Program-made: the position numbers and the translations under genes
Notes under the pieces: model-generated
The model's input: only the letters and a program-made list of their open reading frames with translations
What the model was told of the DNA's origin: nothing
Databases searched by the model: none
Assembly: GCA_963677745.1 (NCBI GenBank)
Contig: OY782391.1
Location: 1,056,001-1,120,000 of the forward strand
Source: Candidatus Altimarinota bacterium
GTDB taxonomy: Bacteria; Patescibacteriota; Gracilibacteria; UBA1369
Direction of reading: 5' to 3'
DNA length: 64,000 nt
Shown here: positions 57,816 through 64,000 of the stretch, in pieces
Position numbering within the stretch: the first letter of the stretch is position 1
How the letters are laid out: each line of letters starts with the position of its first letter

Positions 57816-59105
57816 TTATCTCAGCACCGGTTTATACATGTGGCGGTGTCTTTGCGGGGGGCTTTTCATCATACGCGCCAGGGTGAAAAAACGGTTGGCA
57901 TCATCCTTGAACTTCTCCTGGTCTGCCGCCTGGCTGAAACCGATCAGAGATTTCCTGAACAGCCTCAAAAAAGCCATGCGCAAAATTGCCACGCGATATT
58001 TGGTTTTGCGCAGCTCGTCTTTGTTTTTCAACAGGGGACTCAGATCATAATCAAACATCACCATACACTGATTTATTTCCAGAACTTTTCCCTCCATGCG
58101 GTCGATGGCCAGTCCCTGTTCCATCACAATGCGGAAGAAAAAGATCCTCCGGTCGGCAGGATTGTTACTGAGTCCCATCACAATGGTATTGAGTGTGGGC
58201 AGCGCGCACAGAAACCAGGCCCGCACTTTCACATCCCGCGCTTCCTGATCATTAACCAGCGAAAAACCTACAAAGAATTTTTCCTCTTTATCCAGACTTC
58301 TCACAAACTGAATTTTCTTTTCCAAATCGGGATTTCCGGCAAAAGCCAGTTCCATCACTCTGGCCGGCAGAGCGGCGTCCAGTTTCTTCAAAGCCGGGAT
58401 TTCCACTGCTTTTCCATCCTTGATGGCATAAGCCAGTTTTAGTAAAACCGGTAATGAGAATCCGGGCAGTACGGAATTAAGTTGGGTCAAAACCCGCTGA
58501 TACATTTTTTCCAGACATCCCTCCAGGCATTCGCGGACCGTATCAAAATGAGACCCCAGTCTGTAAACGTTGATTTTGGTACCGCTGTCAGCCTCGATCT
58601 GCAACAGATATTCATCATCCATAAACTGGTGGTGTCGCATAAAATTCAAATTCACTGCGAAAGCGTCCGAGAATTTTGGCAGGAAAAGGATGCTCTGTTC
58701 ATAAACCTGCATTACTGAAAAACCTTTGTTGATGGATTTGCCAAACTGATTGATCACCTCCACGCTGCAGTCAAACTGCTCCATCAGCATTCCCACGCGC
58801 ATAAACAGATTTTCGGCAAAAAACTCGTTTTTAATTCTGTAAAAATCACCCAAAAAATTTTCCACGCTGTCGCCGAAACGCGAGAGTTCAAATTGCTCCT
58901 TGGCAAAAGTGGTAAAGATGAATTTGTCTTTGTCAGCGCGGTTTTCCTTGATGTCGATAAAATTGACGATCTCCCCATGGTCATTGGCCCCTTTTCCTTT
59001 CAATCTGAAATATTTCCGGTCAAAGACGATTTCGCCTTCTTTTTCCAGAATAATTTTCCCTGAAAAGTTCAATTTTTTGAACTTCACACTATAAGCGACT
59101 GCCAT
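57816..59105 (-). CDS. Hypothetical protein, possibly tandem PH-like domains
   Basis: 429 aa ORF with repeated beta-rich segments, each ending in a helix. Confidence 0.7.
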   Translation of the reverse strand: MAVAYSVKFKKLNFSGKIILEKEGEIVFDRKYFRLKGKGANDHGEIVNFIDIKENRADKDKFIFTTFAKEQFELSRFGDSVENFLGDFYRIKNEFFAENLFMRVGMLMEQFDCSVEVINQFGKSINKGFSVMQVYEQSILFLPKFSDAFAVNLNFMRHHQFMDDEYLLQIEADSGTKINVYRLGSHFDTVRECLEGCLEKMYQRVLTQLNSVLPGFSLPVLLKLAYAIKDGKAVEIPALKKLDAALPARVMELAFAGNPDLEKKIQFVRSLDKEEKFFVGFSLVNDQEARDVKVRAWFLCALPTLNTIVMGLSNNPADRRIFFFRIVMEQGLAIDRMEGKVLEINQCMVMFDYDLSPLLKNKDELRKTKYRVAILRMAFLRLFRKSLIGFSQAADQEKFKDDANRFFTLARMMKSPPQRHRHMYKPVLR

Positions 59106-59240
59106 AAATTGGTTTTACTATTATCTCCAAATGAAAACTGCCCAAAAGCAGGTATGGAAAAATCTGCTTTCTTTTCCCGAAATCAATATACCCAGGCCTT
59201 TTTCAAAAGCAAGACAAAAGAAAATTGGCAGGGGGGGGCT

Positions 59241-59268
59241 TTGACGAAAACGAAAAAAGGTGTATAAT
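59241..59268 (+). promoter_or_regulatory. Sigma70-type promoter
   Basis: TTGACG-16 bp-TATAAT. Confidence 0.7.
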
Positions 59269-59306
59269 TCTATGATTAGTTAAATAAATTGTTAACCAAA
59301 ACAAAT

Positions 59307-62300
59307 ATGCAAATTTCAAAGAAATGGCTAACCATTGCGGGAGGAGTTGCCCTCGTGGTGGTGATTGGCCTGGCCGTCGGACTCAATCAGGGCGGTCTGT
59401 TTAAAGGTACATTGACCCAGTTCAATACTTTGGGCACTACCAAGGAACTGACTACAATCACCAGACAAACGAACACTGAAGGTCAGGTGCTGGACACGGT
59501 CCTGACACGTAAAACTGACGCCAGCGGTGTTTCCCATGATATCCTTGTGGATCAAGCGGTCAAAGCTGCCTTTGTTGAACCTCTTGCTACAAAAACCGCC
59601 AGCTCTTTCGTCGGTACACCCGTAATGACTTTGGATATGAAGATGCTGAAAGAAAAAGGTTACTCGGCAATCTATTTCAAGGTTCAGGATGTTGCACCGG
59701 TAAGGTTGACACCTGCTCCCGAACCCAATCTTTCCGTTGCCCAGCCTTTGTTACCAATTCAACCTTCCGCAGACACTATCTCCATCGCTCCCACTGTCGA
59801 TACCGGATCTATCACTGATAAATTATCCGCTCCCGTCGAAAGCGCTACAGGTCTTACTGATTTGACGATCAGTCAGGATACTGGCATCACTACTATTACT
59901 GATCAACCCCTCACTATCAAAGATTCTGCGGTAATTAATAAAGATCTTACCCTGGCTCCGGCCACAGACACTCTGTCGGTCAGCAATGATCTGATCTTGG
60001 CACCCGCCCAGGACACCGCCACACTTAAAGACATTACTCTGGCGCCGGCCCTGAACGCCGTTGACACCATTACCAACACAACCACGGAGACAAGATCCGC
60101 CCCTTCCACTCTAAATCTTACTACCACTGATTCTCTTGTTAAGGGTACAACCACAACTACTACAACCACCACGGATACGCTAGCAGCTCCCCCAGCCAGT
60201 TTAAACCTTAGGACTTCTTGGATTCCTTCCGCCCACGCCGCTGTCGGTCAAATCAACCTTACTCTGGCAAGTGATAATATCGCCAAACTTGATCTGAGTC
60301 AGATTACGGCTGATGGTGATTATATGATCAACCTGGGTACTATCGGACTTTCCATCCCGATTAAGGCCAGCGGAGTTACACCGCTATTGCCCGCAGCACA
60401 GGAAGAAATACAGATCAGCTTTGGGCCGGCTGTTACCGGTCAACTACTTAGCAAAAATAGTGTTGATGTAAAAGTGTCCGATACCAAGGTCTCCAGCAGC
60501 TATCTGACTCCCAAGATGGTCAACAGCATTACCTATGTCGGTCAAATCGACGACAATGCTGACGGGAATTATGTAGACGGCAAGGAAAACATTGCTATCG
60601 CTTCGCTACTTCCGAGTTACCACTTAATGTATGGCACACAGGTAATGAGTCCCACAACACCTATCAATGCCGACGGGACAATTACTTTTGGATCATCCAA
60701 CGGTCCGGGTCTTCTGGGAGTCCAGCCTGATCAGACCAAGACCATGCAGTTGGTGGCCGATAGTGTAAAACCGCATCCAACTCTTCAAAATGATGTGAAA
60801 ATCAGGTTCCATGTCAAAGAATATACCTTCACGGAAGCCGGAGTAAATTCGGTGAATAACGCCATCAATAATCCTCCCGACATTGTCTTGCCAAAAGAGT
60901 GCCAGGCTATTGATAAATTTGCCTTTGATCCCATGATTCTGACTTATGATGGTGGAATTGCCACGCCGAAAGTACAATCAACCAAAATGAAAGCCTATGA
61001 AAGTACAAACGTGCTCAATCTCGACCTGGTCGGGTTCTGCCAGACCGATCTCGCCACCAAAGCCAATTTACCGGCAAACACAACAGGGCTCTATCTGGAA
61101 TTGGTTGACCAGACTGGTGTCGTAATAGACAACGAAAGTCTGGTGCTCGCAGCTTATCCGGCAGATGGTTATACCAATCTGATGAATGGGTTCCTGACCA
61201 GTGTTAAAAAAGTCGATGATCCGAATCTGGATTATGTGGAATTCACCAATGATTTTTCCAAGACTGATCTGGGCGGAGGGGTAACTCTCAAGAGCGGTCA
61301 GACCTATACTTTGAACGTTAAGGCTACCGATTCCAATGGCGTGACGTCCAACAATGTTACCGCCAGTTATAAGTTGGTAAATAATGCAAAAAGCCTGACA
61401 GTTGTCCCGAGATTATCTTCAACAACCACCACCACAACCACTCCGAGCACTACTACCACGACTCCCAGCACTACTACCACGACTCCCAGTACGACCACCA
61501 CGACAACCACTCCGAGCACCTCAACCACTCCTTCCACAGTCAATAATTATTACTATACCACACCCGCTACCACGACTATTCCCGCTACCACAACCACCGC
61601 TCCTGTAGCCGTACAGACTCCGGCCGCAACCACGTCTTCTTCCACGCCTTGTGTGGTTGGCGATAAGACTTTCTATCTCGCTGGTGGTCCAAGCTCTACT
61701 TATTGTAAAGATCTGCAGGTACTGGTTAATACCAATCTGCCGACACCAACCCCTACCATCTTTACCCTGGATCAGTCTGGTGATACTGCACAGGTTAGAT
61801 ACACAACTGGTTTGGCTACGTTGAGAATTCTTAAGGAAATGGGTGCAACCTTCAAAACCAGAAATCTTTCCAGCGACTGGTATATGGATTTCGCTGATTC
61901 CTCCAAAATCGCCGCTTCCACTGCTAACGAAATAAAGGATTTCCAGACTGTCTTCTCCAATGGTGTTCTGTTGGGACGTGAAAATGCAACAACCGGAACG
62001 AGAACTCTTGATGGAGCCGGAAGAGTAAACTACATCGAAATATTGGCCATCTTTAAGCAGGCTCTCAGTAACGGTTTGGGCGTAACCATCACCCTCAACA
62101 AAGCTAACCTGCCTGAATCCATCTTGAAGGCCTACAACAATGACCCTGCCGGCTGGCAGTGGATCGCCGAGGCCTATTCCTTCGGTGTACAATACAATCT
62201 GATCGAAAAAGATGACTATGATAGTATGACTGTCTTCAACTATGCTAACAGAGAAGACATGGCGAATTTTCTATCCAACTTCAAGACATTCATCCAAAAG

Positions 62301-62330
62301 TATCCTAATCTGATCAAGGGGACACTGTAA
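59307..62330 (+). CDS. Large Thr-rich surface/S-layer-like protein with degenerate C-terminal SLH-like repeats
   Basis: N-terminal TM helix followed by GGLFKG, mucin-like Thr tracts, and C-terminal VNYIE and ANREDMA; own promoter and terminator. Confidence 0.78.
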   Translation: MQISKKWLTIAGGVALVVVIGLAVGLNQGGLFKGTLTQFNTLGTTKELTTITRQTNTEGQVLDTVLTRKTDASGVSHDILVDQAVKAAFVEPLATKTASSFVGTPVMTLDMKMLKEKGYSAIYFKVQDVAPVRLTPAPEPNLSVAQPLLPIQPSADTISIAPTVDTGSITDKLSAPVESATGLTDLTISQDTGITTITDQPLTIKDSAVINKDLTLAPATDTLSVSNDLILAPAQDTATLKDITLAPALNAVDTITNTTTETRSAPSTLNLTTTDSLVKGTTTTTTTTTDTLAAPPASLNLRTSWIPSAHAAVGQINLTLASDNIAKLDLSQITADGDYMINLGTIGLSIPIKASGVTPLLPAAQEEIQISFGPAVTGQLLSKNSVDVKVSDTKVSSSYLTPKMVNSITYVGQIDDNADGNYVDGKENIAIASLLPSYHLMYGTQVMSPTTPINADGTITFGSSNGPGLLGVQPDQTKTMQLVADSVKPHPTLQNDVKIRFHVKEYTFTEAGVNSVNNAINNPPDIVLPKECQAIDKFAFDPMILTYDGGIATPKVQSTKMKAYESTNVLNLDLVGFCQTDLATKANLPANTTGLYLELVDQTGVVIDNESLVLAAYPADGYTNLMNGFLTSVKKVDDPNLDYVEFTNDFSKTDLGGGVTLKSGQTYTLNVKATDSNGVTSNNVTASYKLVNNAKSLTVVPRLSSTTTTTTTPSTTTTTPSTTTTTPSTTTTTTTPSTSTTPSTVNNYYYTTPATTTIPATTTTAPVAVQTPAATTSSSTPCVVGDKTFYLAGGPSSTYCKDLQVLVNTNLPTPTPTIFTLDQSGDTAQVRYTTGLATLRILKEMGATFKTRNLSSDWYMDFADSSKIAASTANEIKDFQTVFSNGVLLGRENATTGTRTLDGAGRVNYIEILAIFKQALSNGLGVTITLNKANLPESILKAYNNDPAGWQWIAEAYSFGVQYNLIEKDDYDSMTVFNYANREDMANFLSNFKTFIQKYPNLIKGTL
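61440..61502 (+). repeat. 21-bp tandem repeat (about 3 copies) encoding TPSTTTT
   Basis: ACTCC(G/C)AGCACTACTACCACG twice, plus a degenerate third copy. Confidence 0.8.
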
Positions 62331-62362
62331 GAGAAAATCACTGAGATTATTGAACTTGATGA

Positions 62363-62393
62363 AAGAAACCCCCGCCGCCGGCGGGGGTTTCTT
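62363..62393 (+). terminator. Intrinsic terminator
   Basis: AAGAAACCCCCGCC-GCC-GGCGGGGGTTTCTT. Confidence 0.85.
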
Positions 62394-62492
62394 ATTAACC
62401 ATTTGCCGTATAGTGTCAAGCTGAAGAGCTCTACGGGATGTTATATTCGGGCTATTTTTATGTTATAATTTCCAGATAAATTAATCCGCATC

Positions 62493-64000
62493 ATGAATAG
62501 AAACTTTTTCAGTTCCGCCCATGGAAAAATTTCCCGGATCCTGGCTGGTTTGATAATGTTCTCTCTCCTGGCAGGAAGCGTGTCCGCCCAAAAAATTGCC
62601 AACAAGCCCGTGGAACCCTTTTATCGTGCCGTATCTGCCACTGTTCCCGCTGAATATGAACCGGAAGTGACCTATCTCTCACCCGAAAAAGCAGCCCCCA
62701 TTGAATTCTCCAGTTTGGGAGCCAGTTGGAGCCAGCAGCAGCCCGCAGGTACATCGGTGGAAGTTGAAGTCAGACTGAAAAGTAAAGGCAAGTATTCCGC
62801 CTGGTATCAGCTGGACGCCAGCACCGACGACAAATATGGCGAAGAGAATCAGGGGGAAGTATCGTCTTTTTTAACTACCAGCCTGGCGGACGGATATCAG
62901 TACAGAGTAAGCCTTAATTCCCAGACCGGTACCGACACTCCAATCCTGGACAATTTAAAGTTTACTTTTATCAATGGTGGCACCCCGCAGCAAAGAACCA
63001 ATTTGCTGGCCGACAGTATTTCCCCCCAATCGGGGGCGGATCTGCCACTGGTCAGATCGACCGGCCTGGTTGCTCAAGCGGAATCGACCCTGATTCCCGC
63101 CAAACCGAAAAGCACTGTTACACCTCCCGCCCAGCCAATACGGCGCAAAAGTACAACTTCCTCCTCTCTGAAAATTATCAGCAGAGCCGACTGGGGGGCC
63201 GATGAAAGTCTCAGACTCTACAATCCGGATACCCAAAAAGATGCCAAGTTGGTAACGCTCGAAGACGATTATTATACAAAATTTGCGGATGAATTGAAGG
63301 AATCCAGGCGAGTGGAAACAGACGAAAACGGCAAACCACTCACTTGGCCGCTCAGTTATCCCGAATCCGTCAAAAAAATTATTGTCCACCACACTGCCAC
63401 CGCCAAGGATCTTGACGATCCCATGAAAGCCATCCGGGATATTTACATCTGGCATACGATTTCCAAGGGCTGGGGGGATATCGGCTATAATTACATAATT
63501 GACCAGCAGGGGAATATTTATGAAGGTCGCTATGGCGGTGAAATGGTGGTCGGAGCACATGCCGGCCGTGGTAATCATGGTTCCATCGGTATTGCGGTCC
63601 TCGGCAATTTCCAGGATGAGGATCCGCCGGAGGCGGTAGTTACAGCCTTAACCGCGCTGATCAAAGAAAAGGCCCAAAAATACAACATAGATACGGAAGG
63701 TGATGATCTTTTCCGCGGTGAGAATTATCCCAACATCATGGGACATCGCGAAATTATGTCCACAGCCTGTCCCGGTGACAAACTGTTTGAACTTTTACCG
63801 TTGGTCCGCCAACTGTCCAAGGTCAAAACCACAGCCATCGTCAGCGCCAAAACCAGTGCGGAATACAATTTTGGCTGGGCCGGCACGGGAGCTCCCGTCT
63901 TCACCATCCCGCCCAAAACCAAAAAGACGGTTACCCTTAGACTGAAGAATATCGGCTCCAGGAGCTGGGACAAAGCAACGTATTTTAAAGTCATCAATAA
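62493..64000 (+). CDS. N-acetylmuramoyl-L-alanine amidase (Amidase_2/PGRP-like), 5' part (runs off the window end)
   Basis: Absent from the ORF track; translated by hand from ATG 62493. Signal peptide, IISRADWGADE, IIVHHTA, WGDIGYNY, YEGRYGG, GAHA, GIAVLGNF and GHR...TACPG. Confidence 0.9.
   Translation, partial: MNRNFFSSAHGKISRILAGLIMFSLLAGSVSAQKIANKPVEPFYRAVSATVPAEYEPEVTYLSPEKAAPIEFSSLGASWSQQQPAGTSVEVEVRLKSKGKYSAWYQLDASTDDKYGEENQGEVSSFLTTSLADGYQYRVSLNSQTGTDTPILDNLKFTFINGGTPQQRTNLLADSISPQSGADLPLVRSTGLVAQAESTLIPAKPKSTVTPPAQPIRRKSTTSSSLKIISRADWGADESLRLYNPDTQKDAKLVTLEDDYYTKFADELKESRRVETDENGKPLTWPLSYPESVKKIIVHHTATAKDLDDPMKAIRDIYIWHTISKGWGDIGYNYIIDQQGNIYEGRYGGEMVVGAHAGRGNHGSIGIAVLGNFQDEDPPEAVVTALTALIKEKAQKYNIDTEGDDLFRGENYPNIMGHREIMSTACPGDKLFELLPLVRQLSKVKTTAIVSAKTSAEYNFGWAGTGAPVFTIPPKTKKTVTLRLKNIGSRSWDKATYFKVIN

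Noticed and set aside
62509-63997. Short ORF-track entries at the window end
   Set aside because: They overlap the amidase frame starting at 62493.
1-64000. Alternative genetic code 25 (TGA=Gly)
   Set aside because: Conserved genes are full-length under code 11, and aspS and mgtA end at TGA at their expected C-termini.

Overview
Bacterial chromosomal window read with the standard code 11: TGA terminates aspS and mgtA. Gene content suggests a Patescibacteria (CPR) organism, probably Peregrinibacteria-like; this is an inference from SLH-anchored surface proteins, a short AlaRS, an archaeal-type AspRS, a TrmB regulator, a C39 peptidase and many orphan ORFs. Housekeeping genes are valS (partial), alaS, aspS, gdhA, mgtA, a class A PBP, rnhA, trxA, tRNA-Gly(GCC), tRNA-Thr(CGT) and tRNA-Gly(TCC). 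They are interleaved with large surface proteins and an accessory block at about 38.7-51.3 kb. Most notable observations: (1) a 71-nt CCA-ending tRNA/tmRNA-like gene with a G3:U70 alanine determinant but no canonical D or anticodon arm and no tag ORF; (2) next to it, a TrmB-divergent operon encoding a class I aaRS-like protein and a methyltransferase; (3) recurrent intergenic repeats that punctuate the accessory block like recombination scars; (4) HicA and PD-(D/E)XK nuclease fusion proteins; (5) a consistent 16-bp sigma70 promoter spacer. All calls come from manual motif reading; no database searches were run.
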